From positions 26,474,001 through 26,538,000 of the forward strand of contig OX597823.1 of the NCBI GenBank assembly GCA_951406725.2: a DNA stretch of 64,000 bases, read 5' to 3'. Positions 1 through 13,414 of this stretch are shown piece after piece (position 1 is the stretch's first letter; each line of letters opens with the position of its first letter). Below the pieces are notes generated by a model. The model had not been told where the DNA came from. It saw nothing but the letters and a program-made list of their open reading frames with translations, and searched no databases. Made by a program: the position numbers and the translations under genes. The stretch is from Octopus vulgaris (taxonomy: Eukaryota).

Positions 1-417
1 GTGTTGGTGGCAGCCCACTTTCTCTTCAAATGACACGAACTGGATGTTCTGCTGGATCAGGGGTGAGTGGGCAGAGAGGTCGTTTCTTTTTGCCCACAAC
101 TAGATTTACACATAAAACAATTAATAAAAGCATGCTATATTTTACCACATAATACCCACTCGCCCGTGACGGCTGGTTGCATTTATCTCGTTCGATTACA
201 TTACGGAATGAGAAGGGCTGTAGAGCGAGAGTCGCTTATTTGTGACAAGTTGTTGTTTAACCCTACACAGGTCAGCTCTGACTAAGCAAATTTATCTTCA
301 AAGTTGTTCCCACTCTGAAAATCTGCTCTTTTTATTCACGCATAGTGTTTCTAGTTCTATACCACCCAATCAGTTCTTCTTTTTGTACGATGATAGGGTG
401 GGATTTATATTGATAAA

Positions 418-933
418 TCTCTATATATAAAACTGTAGTTGTGTGAGTGTCTGTCTCCTACGATTTAGATTCCTAACTCCTCCCACATTTTGCGGTGCAG
501 TTTAACCAAATTCGGGTATCTTATAGTCGTGATTAATATCAAGCCCGTCTGGCTATTAGCGCGCGTCTACGATGAGTCTACGATTTTAAAAATAATTTAA
601 CATCATTTTTTATTCCATTTTAATGCATAATTTTTCGTGTGTCGATGGCGGCGGAGTTGGCGTCCACGCTCAAACACCTGCACCTGTGTTTGCTTCTCCC
701 CTTCTTCCCTCCCTCGTGAAGCTGTGGGGAAGGGAGTGTAAGGAAATCAATGTCGTAATGCGTTGTCAAGGAGACCAGCGTTCTTTTAGAACAACGACTT
801 CATGGCTTGAAGACACCAAAACAGAAATGGCTAAGAAAGCCCGAATTGGCATCTATAAAGGAAGTAACTCTCTAAAAATGCTTATATAGTTATTTCCCTT
901 ACAAACCCGAGCAACGCCGGGCGATACTGCTAG
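418..933 (+). mobile_element. Non-autonomous Helitron
   Basis: Starts TC (a|TCTCTATATATAAAA) and ends with the hairpin CCCGagcaacgcCGGG followed by CTAG|t. Inserted between A and T with no TSD and no coding capacity. Confidence 0.75.
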
Positions 934-2409
934 TCAATTTACTGTATTTAGTCTCATCTCTGAACTTTATCAGTTCAAGCCATTCCAAAGTTCATTTAGC
1001 ATTTCCTCATAATTACATTGATCAACTACAGTATGGTCCAACATATGTAATACACTAAGTGAGAAATTTCGATTAACTGAGATTATCCAAACAATTAGTA
1101 GGTAAAGTACTCCCTCTAGGTGTTTTAAAATACACAGCTAGCAAGGGAAATAAGTCCAGTATGATTAGTCAATCGCTAATTTTTAGACAATATAACCAAT
1201 GCATATATGGGAATAGATCTGGTCTTTTAAGATCATTTAACGGCGAGATCCACTTAAATTTCCATTGTCTGTGTTGTCTTCAAAATTCGTTCATTTATCT
1301 TATTGCTTTTCTTGGAGATTTTCAACAACTCTCGGCGGAAAGATTTTATTTGTTAATTGCTTGAATAATCTCAGACGGTTGAAAAATTTAAACTCCTTGG
1401 ATTACATATGCGAAACCTTACTGTCAAACCAGAACCACAAGTGTTAGGCACTCAAATTTGAACTCGCTCAAGGAGAGAAAGAAAACTAGCTGGGGTACCA
1501 GTCCCCCCTCCAAATGACATTAGTGTTTCATGCAAGAATAAGAACACTCTTATAAAGACAAAGCATACTACATTCAGGGCAACAATAACGACGAGTTCGA
1601 TATGAACCATAATAGAATTGATTTAGTAATAAATCCAAAATAATAATTCTAAGTAAAGACTATCAGAAAAAGTTAAAGCCGACATAAGGAAGTTTAGAAG
1701 GTGTCAGGAAAGACTGTGTATCAGACATAGAAATAGGAACGTTTTCAGAATTCCTGGAATAATTAATGGCAAGAAGTTTTAGTTTTTGTAGAGGCGAATG
1801 CAATTAACAACTGAACTACCTTATCGGTCGTTATTTTCACTTGATTAGATAAATCAGACTTTTCATTCAAGGAACAATACGCACGTATATATTCTTACAT
1901 ATTTCACATACGTACCAGCACATACAGACGCACGTTCGTATGTGAGTGTGTGTATGCATATTTATACATGCATATAGATATATACATAAACGCACACAGA
2001 CACAGACGCACACAGAGACACACACACACACACACACACACGCGCGCGATGGCATACATATTCATTCATAATATGTTCCGGTAGATTTGGACATTAACAA
2101 CAAAGCTAATCGCGATTGTATTCCGCCTTCGGAGAAAACCTTTCAGACGAAGTCTAGTCACTACACACTCGAATCATTGACATAAAGAAACTTGATAGCG
2201 ATGATTCGACTTGGTTGTCTCTCTCTTCGGGCAAAGCTACCCCAGAATTAATGATTCTCAACAAAAACGATGGCTCTTGAACTTAGCGAACAAATTATCT
2301 GTTGATGAGTGCTACTGTCTGCCAAATCTATAATTAATTATCATGTGTACATAGGAATGCGAGAACACTATGTAAAAACAAACATGCCGCTTATATGTGC
2401 GTGCGTATG

Positions 2410-2480
2410 CGTATGTGTACATACATTCGTACACATACATACATATATACATACATATACACACATACATACACACACAT

Positions 2481-2519
<39 letters not shown>

Positions 2520-2937
2520 CATACATACATATATACACATACATACAAATACATACGTACTTACACATACATACACACATACAAATACATACGTACTTAC
2601 ACATACATACATCCATATACATACGTACATACATACATATGCATACATACACACATACACATTCACATACATACATCCGTACTTACATACATACACGCAC
2701 ATACATGCATACATACATACATACATACATACATACATACATACGTACATACATACATACGTACATACATACATACGTACATACATACATACATACATAC
2801 ATACATACATACATACATACACACAAATACATACGTGCATACCTAAATACGTACATACATACATACATACATGCATGCATGCATGCATACATACATACAT
2901 ACATACATACATACATACATACTTACATACATACATA
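2410..2937. repeat. Compound (CATA)n/(CA)n microsatellite
   Basis: Direct reading. It produces the spurious HTYI/YVCM ORFs. Confidence 0.95.
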
Positions 2938-4069
2938 TTATAATAGAGCAGGATTCGAGTGAATCAAGCACTTAAATTGTAAGGTACCAGGTCGGCTTGA
3001 AAAGTAAAATGTGTACATAACAAAAATAGAGGAATAGATAAGCGGGTATCGCAGTACAGGCAGGAAGATATCCAGGTTATGTATACGATTAACTGTACCC
3101 GACTGAATATATCAATAGCCCTGAGGCTAATCGAGAAACGCATATTGTACTAAATGTACGGTTCATAATATACTTCGGATCTATGCAAGGAGCAGGTTCT
3201 GAGAGAGGTGAATAATAAACAAAGAAAGAAATAACAACAGATGGATAACGTGTCAATTCACTACAGCTGTTTCCAACGAATTTTTATTTGATTAATGGAG
3301 ACATTACATCATTAGAAAAAAAAACCGTTTTCATTGGGTGAACCACAACATTCAAAAACATTCAAAATCCAACGGGATGTGCATCTTCATGATTCTACGA
3401 TCCTTGCTGGTCATAGAATTCTATGACTTGCATCCGAAGCTTTTGAATGTTAAAGGCAGTTAGTGTTTTATCACAAAAGAAGAACATAAAAAAACTAAAC
3501 AAAAGTAATTCAGAGGTCATTTTAAGAAAGTATCATTTGTCAACACAGACAATGAATTTCAACAACTGGATGACTGTAGTGGCTGTACATGTAATTTGTG
3601 GAAACGCGCGTAGCGATACATTAAAATATTTATAAATTCCATCTAAGGATTATTATTATTATTACTATATTTCTCCTACATTATATCGGTAAAGCTCGGT
3701 GTGACTCCCAAAAACTGTGACCCCAGTTGGCATCATTAGGCTGTAGCTGGCATAATAGAATAAGAAATTTTATATGCTATTCAAAAACGTTTCCCGTAAA
3801 CGAACGAAAAGCACACACACGCCCTCCCGCCCCACACACATGCACGTGGGGATGCTAAAAAGTTCCTGCCTTTACGGGAATCGAGAGAGGCCTGATTGGA
3901 GGCCCAACCTTCCGAGTTCTTTTACAGGGCTCAGAAAAAGTGAAGGACTGCTGCAATAAATGTGTGAATCTGAGAGGTGAATATGTTGAATAGAATCATA
4001 ATTAACTGATCCTCCTGTATTTTCTTTTACCCAAATCCAGGAACTTTTCAGCAGTTCCTCGGGTGTGTG

Positions 4070-4168
<99 letters not shown>

Positions 4169-4185
4169 GTCTACCTATCGATCTA

Positions 4186-4267
4186 TTTTTTTTCTCCCCC
4201 AAAAGAAAAGCTCTACTTTGTAATTTGTCCCCTCTGTGTTCAGCCCTGTGTAGCTAATAAAGAAACA

Positions 4268-4270
<3 letters not shown>
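4186..4270 (+). mobile_element. Solo 3' end of the Tx1-like LINE inside (ATCT)n
   Basis: TTTTTCTCCCCCAAAAGAAAAGCTCTAC...GCTAATAAAGAAACAT is nearly identical to 6476-6557 and is flanked by (ATCT)n on both sides. Confidence 0.8.
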
Positions 4271-4364
<94 letters not shown>

Positions 4365-4365
4365 G

Positions 4366-6557
4366 ATGGAATACATCAAATCAAAAACAAACATAACAGC
4401 AGATGACATAAAAACAAACAATCACCGATACACAACACCATCGGATCACATCAAAATACTATATATCTCCAGAAATCTGCATCACATACTAAAAGGCATT
4501 TTCCCCAGTGCGGTTGGTAAATGCCAAAAATACCTCACAAAGAAACTTTACTGGGATCTCCTCGAGGACAAACCGAAGGAGGAGAAAGCAAAAACTTTCG
4601 AGCAGTAAGTAACCCTCTGTTCCTTTCGCTTGTATTTTAATTCACTAGGCTTATGATCAAGATTGGTTGTGTAAATGCGCGTGGCTTGGGGTCCCCTTGG
4701 AAACAAGAGTACCTCTTGTTAGAAATCATAGACATAAGTGGGACCAGACTCCACAATCCGCGGGCCCTAAAGACCATGTTTGGCGGACAGTTCAACATTT
4801 ATTTTCCCCCTTGTCTGCCGAAGGTGGGCGGTAGTGGCACCGAGGTACTTTTTCGCAAGAGTCTGGATCTCAAAGTAAAGACAATATTCGTAGACCCCCC
4901 CGGGGGGGGGGGGTAGACTGGTCGTCCTGGATGTCGACGGCAGCAATGGGTGCGCTTTTCAACTCGTATCAGTCTACGCACCGCCTTTAACAGGTCGGGC
5001 GGATTTCTTTCAACGTCTTGAAGTATTCTTGGGAACGTCTCGTCCTTTACTCTTTGTGGGGGATTGGAATGCTACCTTGGACACGCATGTAGACTACGTG
5101 GGCAGAGATAGGAATAGACGGGGATGCAAATGCCTCAGAGACCTGCTCAGACGCTTTCAACTGTCTAACAGGTACCGACTCGACCACCCGAATGCGCCAA
5201 CGTGGACATGGAGCAACCGCATCGGGTCGTCGAGATCGTATCTAGATAGGATACTGTGTAGGACAGTAGATAGAGATAACGTAGGATGTCCACAACTCCA
5301 CATAGTCAACACCCGTTAAAAGGAGGGCTTGGCATGCCGTGGTTGATGATGCGCAGACACGCGCTGAGACTGCGACATCTCCGGCTCTACGTGTGGCTAA
5401 TAAAGAAACATGTCTACCTGTCTCTGTCTGAACAGGTGTGGTCGCCGTTTGTGAGACACGTTTTCCCGCAGCTAGTCTCCACGAACGAACTTCAGTCGTG
5501 GATCAGAAAGAGGCCGAGGAAGGCGAATGGCACCGCGAGCGTCGCGTTGCTGTCAAGCAACTATGCCGTCCCGGGTCGACCTTGAGTGACTTCAACTCAA
5601 CCAAGGCATTCTATAAGGGAGTAGTGGAGGGGAGGTACCACGACGATCTCGGGGCGAACCTGGGCGTCGACGACGAATACCTGACCCGCCTGCTCAAGAC
5701 GACTTTCGGGCCGGGACCTATGGACAACTTCCAGAGATCCCTGGCCTGGCAGTGCTACCGAGAAGCGCTACCCGTTCGGGATAAGCTCTACAGACATGGC
5801 TCGAGAAACACGGGGCCGACCTGCCCGAGATGCTGTCAGAGCGACGAAACCGTTCTGCACGCATTCGTGCAGTGTCCAACCATTTCCGACCTGTGGGTTT
5901 ATGTCGAACGACTGCTGTCACGTGTGGGACGAGTCGGTTTATCAGCCGAGTCTATCGTCAATATCGTCACGCCTCCTTCCTTCAAACGGGAAGGAAGAGC
6001 TATTTTTATCATAGTTGTGGCTATGGCGAAAGAATGTATCTGGTGGACGCGTCTGAAAGGATTAGAGACAAACACTTTCCTCTCCGGTCAATCTCTCATC
6101 AACTTCTTCAAGTATCACTTGAAATGGAAAGTGAGGGTAGAGAGGCAAGTCTTGTCTAGCGAATGTTTTTAAAAAAAGATGGGTGAATGTTGCAAGGATG
6201 GCACGTATGAATGACGAAGCCACCTTGAGTATGATCCTATGAACTCGGAAAAATTTGAAACAGAGAGTTACTTACTTGCAAATAAATGTGTTAACATGTG
6301 ACATTATTGACCGAGGTTACTGTGGTCTTTTCCATAGGCTTTTCTTCCCACGGATAAACCTTATCTGTTTCCCCCTTTACACTTTACACCATAACATTTC
6401 TGCGATACACGATCCCTTTTGATCGTTTAAAAATTTTTTTACGATTCTTTTTGATCGAAAACCTAACAGCCCCATTTTTTTCTCCCCCAAAAGAAAAGCT
6501 CTACTTTGCAATTTGTACTCTCAGTGTTCAGCCCTGTGTGGCTAATAAAGAAACATG
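4366..6557 (+). mobile_element. Tx1/L1-clade non-LTR retrotransposon, internally deleted, inserted in (ATCT)n
   Basis: Contains an ORF1 tail (4366-4608) and a frameshifted ORF2 APE endonuclease (IGCVNARGL, GDWNATLD, TWTW, SYLDRIL). This joins directly to post-RT KGGLGMP and a zf-RVT-like CPRC..ETVLHAFVQC, so the RT is missing. The 3' UTR ends AATAAAGAAACAT, and microsatellite lies on both flanks. Confidence 0.85.
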
Positions 6558-6606
6558 TCTACCTGTCTCTGTCTGTCTGTCTGTCTGTCCGTCTCTCCGT
6601 CCGTCC

Positions 6607-6692
<86 letters not shown>

Positions 6693-6767
6693 ACATTAAT
6701 ATTTAAGGATATTACGGTTAATATTTTACAATAATATCAGTAGCTAGCATGCGTAAAGTTTTGCCTT

Positions 6768-6820
<53 letters not shown>

Positions 6821-6821
6821 C

Positions 6822-7263
6822 TTTTACTTTTTATCTTTTATCTGTTTCAGTCATTAGCCTGCGGCTATGCTGGGGCACCATCTTGAATTTTTTTAGTCAA
6901 ATGTATCACTTATTCTATAGGTCTCTTTTGCCGAACCGCTAGGTTATGGGGACGTAAAAAAAACCCAGCACCAGTAGTCCAGTGGTGATGGGGGTGGGGC
7001 ACACATCGAAAAATAGATTTATATACGTATATATATGTATATGTATATATGTATGTGTGTGTATATGTTTGTGTATCTGTGTTTGTCCCCCAACATCGCT
7101 TGACAACCGATGTTGGTGTGTTTACGTCCCCGTAACTTAGCGGTTCGGCAATAGAGACCGATAGAATAAGTTACTAGGCTTACAAAGAATAAGTCCTGGG
7201 GTCGATTTGCTCGACTAAAGGCGGTGCTACAGTATGGCCGCAGTCAAATGACTGAAACAAGTA
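6822..7263. mobile_element. Two SINE family A 3' halves in opposite orientation (6822-7000 minus, 7060-7263 plus)
   Basis: Both share the tail ...GCGGTGCT..AGCATGGCCGCAGTCAAATGACTGAAACAAGTAA with the full copy at 49895-50303. Confidence 0.8.
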
Positions 7264-7616
7264 ATATATATATTTGAAAGTTTACGAGGGTAATACAATT
7301 TTTAAAGTGTAAAGGTGATTATGAAAAAGTATTAAAAAAAAATGTTATGAAGTTTTTTATGAGGATGTTACCGTTTTTGGGAAGAAGTTTTTTCTAGTGT
7401 GTAAGCACTTTCGTTAAACCTTTTCAAAGACACACACACACACAGACAGATAGACACACACACACACAGACAGATATACACGCAAATCTTTATATGAATT
7501 TGTTTGTAAGCTCGTTGCAACAGTCGTTACATCACTACATTATCTAAATGACAATCACTGGTGTGTTTGTGTGTATGTATGCTTATGAATGTGTTTACTG
7601 GGTGTGTGAATTCTTG

Positions 7617-7652
<36 letters not shown>

Positions 7653-7746
7653 GTTTAAATATTTGTTGTGCAAGAATTTTTATGTACATATTCATATACA
7701 TACATATACATAGATATATATATATATATATATATATGCATGTATG

Positions 7747-7796
<50 letters not shown>

Positions 7797-7893
7797 ATAT
7801 ATATATATATGTATGTATGTATATATATATATATGTATGTATGTATATATATATATATGTATTTATGTATATATATATATATATGTATGTATG

Positions 7894-7924
<31 letters not shown>

Positions 7925-7981
7925 ATATATATATATATATATGTATGTATATATATATATGTATGTATATATATATATATG

Positions 7982-8041
<60 letters not shown>

Positions 8042-8050
8042 CATATATAC
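7617..8050. repeat. (TA)n/(TATG)n microsatellite
   Basis: Direct reading. Confidence 0.95.
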
Positions 8051-8202
8051 TCGGTTTATGTAATTGAGATTCAAGTGAATTCTAATGAATTCACATGAAT
8101 ATGGTCCTTAACTAGGAAGCACCGGAAATCTATATGGTGTTAACCATACGACAAGTGGGGTGATTACAAATAGGAAAAAAGCAACAAGAATGGATTAAAA
8201 TA

Positions 8203-8286
8203 TCGGTACAATTGTTTCGTACGAGGACATCTTTAATAAGCTACAAAAAATGCAGTAAATATAGATGGCTCGTACTCGTCAGCCGA
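8203..8286 (-). ncRNA. Type-I hammerhead ribozyme motif within a (TA)n-embedded element (about 8052-8553)
   Basis: Minus strand reads tcgg CTGACGA GTACGAG...CTCGTAC GAAAC AATT GTA ccga: stem I 4 bp, perfect 7-bp stem II, palindromic loop III, GUA cleavage triplet. Confidence 0.8.
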
Positions 8287-8550
8287 AAAAACATCAGAGA
8301 TTCCCAAACATCAAAAGGGGTAGATACAAATGAGGGTGTGAGTTTAACTGCATTGAAGAAAGTTCGATTCCTGGAGATCCGATGAAAGGTCTTGAACTTA
8401 CAGAATTTGTGCATGTCCATATTGAATTGTTAATCAAGTTATGTGAAGAAATTTTGGATACAATCGTGCGAAATTTCTGAGAATCCGAGTAAGAAGCAAA
8501 GTGACAGTCTTATCTTGTAGAGGAACAGGTTGTTATTGAAATTTACAAGA

Positions 8551-8654
<104 letters not shown>

Positions 8655-8711
8655 CATACATACATGCATATATATATATGTATGTATATGTATGTATATG
8701 AATATGTATTC

Positions 8712-9491
8712 TCATGGCATCCAACAACATCAGAGACTTGGGAGTAACAGTGGACAACAACATAAGCTGGGCTACACATATAAGCAGCAAAGTTGACATG
8801 GCCCACAGAATGTGTTCCTGGATTCTCAGAACCTTCCAGTCGAGAGATTCCCACACTATTATCCTTCTCTTCCCCACTTTTGCCCGACCCCACCTTGAAT
8901 ACTGCTGTCCACTGTGGTCTCCCTACACAAAACAAAATATTATGAGAATTGAAGCTCCCCAAAGGTCAATCACAAAAAAAGATAGATGGCATGTCAGACC
9001 TTGACTACTGGGGTAGACTAGAGAAGCTGAAACTGTATTCACTCCAACGACGCCGTGAACGCTACATTATCTGTATGATGTGGAAAATATTTCATCAGCA
9101 CTGTCCGAATGATGTTGGCATCACCTTCAAAATACATCCAAGGCTTGGACCACGTGCCATCCGTCCACAACAAAAATCTAAATCGCATTACATAACGACA
9201 ATACGGCACAACTATTTCACCTCAATTGGACCCGCTCTCTTCAACATTACACCAGGACACGTCAAAAAAGAAACTGACCACACAAAATTCAAGAAGTCTT
9301 TGGACAAATTCCTTCAAGCAGTCTCGGACAAACCACCCACACCCGGATATGTCACCGCAAACAATAACTCTCTGCTCGAATGGGCCTTGGTGCCCAAATC
9401 CTGAATTGAAAGACTTCGCCAGGTGGTGCTATTAAGTTAGACATGACCTGGGCCAATACTGGCCAAAACCTTTCTAAGTTATTCTAAGTTA
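8712..9491 (+). mobile_element. CR1/L2-group LINE 3' fragment (RT C-terminus and tail)
   Basis: Motifs [33 protein letters not shown] and KFKKSLDKFL..DKPPTPGY with one frameshift near 8980. Short tandem tail TTCTAAGTTA x2. Confidence 0.88.
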
Positions 9492-10258
9492 TATATATAT
9501 ATATACGACTTTCGTTGTAGTCTCGAGTCGACGTAAATTTTTTGAGTGAAATTGGGCAAACGGAAATTGTGTTGATGCCTGCCAGTTGGATTGTACACGG
9601 AATTAAAAAATTCAGCCTGTTTCCACATATTGTGTCATGCTGACTCGTTAAAGAACTACGTTAAGAACAAATGTGTCTGTGGAGTACTCAGCCGCTTAAG
9701 CGCTGATTGAATGAGCAGATTGTATCATTGATCGGACAAACGGACGCTCATCGGGGAAATCGACGGATAAATATGTGTGTGTATGTGTATGAGTATATGT
9801 GTACATTTGTGCACGTTAGGGTTGTTGGCATCCTTTTTGTCTCGGGAGACAATGGAGTTGCGCATAAAATAGTCCAGTTCGGCTTTTACATTTCATGTCC
9901 TGATACATTTCCTGCTGTGGCTGTGTAGTCCTATCCTGGACAAACACTCCCTCTGTTAGGGTATTGCACTTATAATCACTAGGTCTTGGTTTCGATTCCT
10001 GGATTGGGTAGCTCGTTGTGTTCTTGAGCAAAATATTTCATCTCACGCTGCTCTGCGATCACTTCGACACCTGACGCGTGGCACACCGTGCACCTGTTCA
10101 GATATCGTTGATTCGATGGAAAGAATGAGTTAATACATTTGGTTATCATAAACAAATTTACGCAACGAGTTCAGAAAAAAAACCTCAGACCCCCCCAAAA
10201 AAAAAAAACAAATACAAAAATTGAACATTCAAACGTCATCTTTGACAAGAGATTCCAT

Positions 10259-10313
<55 letters not shown>

Positions 10314-11073
10314 AGTTTAATGTCAAAATTCTGAATATTGATTTTTTTTTCTTGCAAAGCAAATGGGTTTTTAAACGAATTTAATTTAAAATGTAATAGT
10401 GATAATTTGAGCAATTAATATTTTTTTAAAAGTGAAGCTGGTGATTAGTTTAATTGCAAATGTTAATGATGTTGCTCTCTGGATCCATATTCTTCTTATA
10501 GAACGTGGCGAAAATAGCAATTTGCCAATTGTATTCATTTAAAATAACTATAGATGTTTTCTTTTTAAAAATATAAAATGCAAACCAAATTCATTAGTGT
10601 ATGCTATGCAACAATAAATTTTGATGGTTAAATGAATAGAAGATTAATGTAGTGCTTAATAAGCATTGACCTGTTATCTGAGGGAATATTTATGAAATGG
10701 CTTATGTAAATACATACATTCAGGCTCTGCCAAAGGTGGTACAGTAATGTAAAGATGCAATCCAAATTTTGCAAGAATTACGATTTACGATTGAACATTT
10801 GTAGAAAAACAAAAAATCAAGCAAAAACATCGCAAATGATTCTGCATGATTTTATGGAGAGTTGACATCATCTGATCTTTTACGCTTAATATGTATCCCT
10901 CATTGGAGCGTGACCATGCTGGGGTACCACCTTCAAGAGTTTCATAGAACAATAAACACTCCAGTATTTATTGTTTTCTAAAGTGTAGTACTTATTCCAT
11001 GGGAATCTTTTGCCAAACTGCTAATTTACAGAGACATATAGAAACCAGCACCGTTTGTCAAGCGATGGGTGGA

Positions 11074-11135
<62 letters not shown>

Positions 11136-11160
11136 GTGCACGCACACATACATATATATA

Positions 11161-12462
11161 CAGGAGTATATATAATAAATATACACAGGACAAAATAATG
11201 AAAACACCTAGCATCATAGCATCATAATATTGAAATATCTATAAAACCGTCAAAAGCTTGTTTATTTTTTTATGTTTTTGGTTTATTATTAGTGTTGCTT
11301 AATAGGCTTTGCTGTTTCTTTTCAGATATCATAAGAAAAGGGTAATTAAAATTCATTAAAATGACAGATCTATCGGATTTTCAAAGAGGTCAAGTTGTTG
11401 GTGCTCGTATGGCAGGCGCTTGCGTAACGAAAACAGCTGAAATGTTTGGTGTATTGAGAAGTACTGTCTCGAAAGTAATGACAGCCTTTGAGAAACATGG
11501 AAAAGCCTCCTCGTCGAAACAAAACGTCCGGAAGAAAACCAAAACTTTCAGATAGGGACTGTCGGACTCTTACGCAAATTGTTAGAAAGGATTACAAAAG
11601 TACAGCCTCCAGAATTACTGCAGAGCTTAATGACCACCTCGAGATCCCAGTTTCTACAAAAACTGTTTGCCGGAAGCTGCACAAAGCCGGATTGCACGGG
11701 AGGGCTGCAATCAGAAAGCCATTACTTTCAAGAACAAACATTGCAAAGTGTTTAGAGTGGAGTAAAAATCTACAGAATTGATCGTTAGAGCAGTGGAAGA
11801 ATGCTATTTTCTCGGACGAGTCGTCCTTTACCTTATTTCCGACCTCTGGCCGATTATACGTGTGGAGACAGCCAAAAGAAGCATTTGACCCAGACTGCCT
11901 TCTTCCAACTGTTTAACATGCAGGAGGATCTGTGATGAGCTGGCGGGGGCTATATCTTGGAAATTCGCCGGCCCAATGGTTTCCCTTCATGACAGAATTA
12001 ATAGTCAAGTCTATTTAAGCATTTTATCTGATCAAATTCATCCTATGGTTGTGGAACTGTTTCCAGAGGGAAACGCAATCTTTCAGGATGATAATGCACC
12101 AATTCACACCGCTAAATTTGTTATTGAATGGCACGAGGAATATTCTAATGAAGTTGAACATCTTATCTGGCCACCACAGTCACCACATCTCAATATTATT
12201 GAACATTTATGGTGCATTTTAGAAAAACAAAACAAAACAAAAACAAGTAAGGAGTCGATATCCTCACCATCATCACTACAAGAACTGGAGACTGTATTAG
12301 CTGAAGAATGGACAAAAATTCATTTGGAAACAATTCAAACTTCGTAGGAGTTCATAACTTGTAGAATTCAAGCTGTAATTACTGCCAAAGGCGGTCCTAT
12401 CCCAAATTAAAATAAATTTGTTTGAAATTTTAAGGTGTTTCCATCATTTTGTCCGACCCCTG
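11161..12462 (+). mobile_element. Tc1-family DNA transposon, defective transposase (11361 to about 12410)
   Basis: Paired-like N-terminus MTDLSDFQRGQVVG, then FSDES, FQDDNAPIH and WPPQSPHLNIIEHLW (DD34E type), with stops and frameshifts. TIRs CAGG..GGACAAAAT.ATG.AAACACCT (left one interrupted by an AT-rich insert) with TA flanks. Confidence 0.9.
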
Positions 12463-12493
<31 letters not shown>

Positions 12494-12572
12494 ATTGCAG
12501 CGTGGAAGGTGTTTATAAGCCATTTAAGAAACACACAAAAACCGTTAGATTCACTTCAACATTTAAATTTAA

Positions 12573-12623
12573 TTTGTCAAAATATTTTCGTCGCTTTGAG
12601 ACTGCGACCTCTTCACCGACAAA
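12573..12623 (-). ncRNA. Hammerhead-like variant motif
   Basis: Minus strand reads tttgtc gGTGAAGA g GTCGC agtctcaaa GCGAC GAAA ATAT TTT gacaaa. All three stems are present but the core is non-canonical. Confidence 0.4.
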
Positions 12624-13160
12624 ACTGATGTCGTTTGTAACACTCTCCAGTTAAAAACAAACAATTGATTTTCCTTGTGAACGGATAGAGTCACTAAAAT
12701 AGATACGAAGACGGAACTAACAAAGATACATAGAATCTGTTTGTATTAATATTTGGGATTTCCTGTGATAGAAAAAAAAAATCTTAGAAACAAAAAACAA
12801 GTAAAAACCTATCCCAGAAAACAGCTTCTGTAATTTAGTTGTTGGAAATATAACATAAACAATCTCTTACATATACCGGACTGACGTATAAACGTGTGCG
12901 CGCGTGCGTGTGTAAGTATACATCCATCTACACACACACACATACATTTATATATTTGTGTGTGTGTGTGTGTGTATAAGCGTGTATATATATGTGTGTG
13001 TATTTCAAACACTTGACGTAATTATGTATAAACATTTGTCTATATCTGTATTTATGCACTCATACACACACAAATACACTAAACAATGTGTGTGTGTGTG
13101 TGTGTGTATATATATAAATATAGATGATTACTTCTACTAGATATATTGGTTCATTTCGTG

Positions 13161-13245
13161 ATGTACTTTTGGCAATTTCAGATCATCCAATTACTCTTGC
13201 TGCCAGCGTTTATACTCACTTTGCAGGGAAACAGAGATACAAACA
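13161..13245 (+). CDS. Probable first (signal peptide) exon of the SRCR gene
   Basis: ATG then MYFWQFQIIQLLLLPAFILTLQGNRDTN with a hydrophobic core, donor ACA|GTAAGA. Phase 1 matches the acceptor of exon 22294. Confidence 0.55.
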
Positions 13246-13336
13246 GTAAGAAATGAACAATTTTCTTTCTTTCTTTCTTTCTTTCTACCTGCCTGCCTGC
13301 CTGCCTACCTACAAGCCTACCTACATTCATACCTAC

Positions 13337-13414
<78 letters not shown>

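Noticed and set aside
1-68. Possible exon end at GG|GTGAGT near the window start
   Set aside because: No recognisable protein motif in any frame and too little context.
2309-2962. Long ORFs rich in HTYI, YVCM, IYIY, LSIY, poly-N or poly-I here and throughout the window
   Set aside because: They are translations of (CATA)n, (TA)n, (ATCT)n and (AAT)n microsatellites that lack stop codons.
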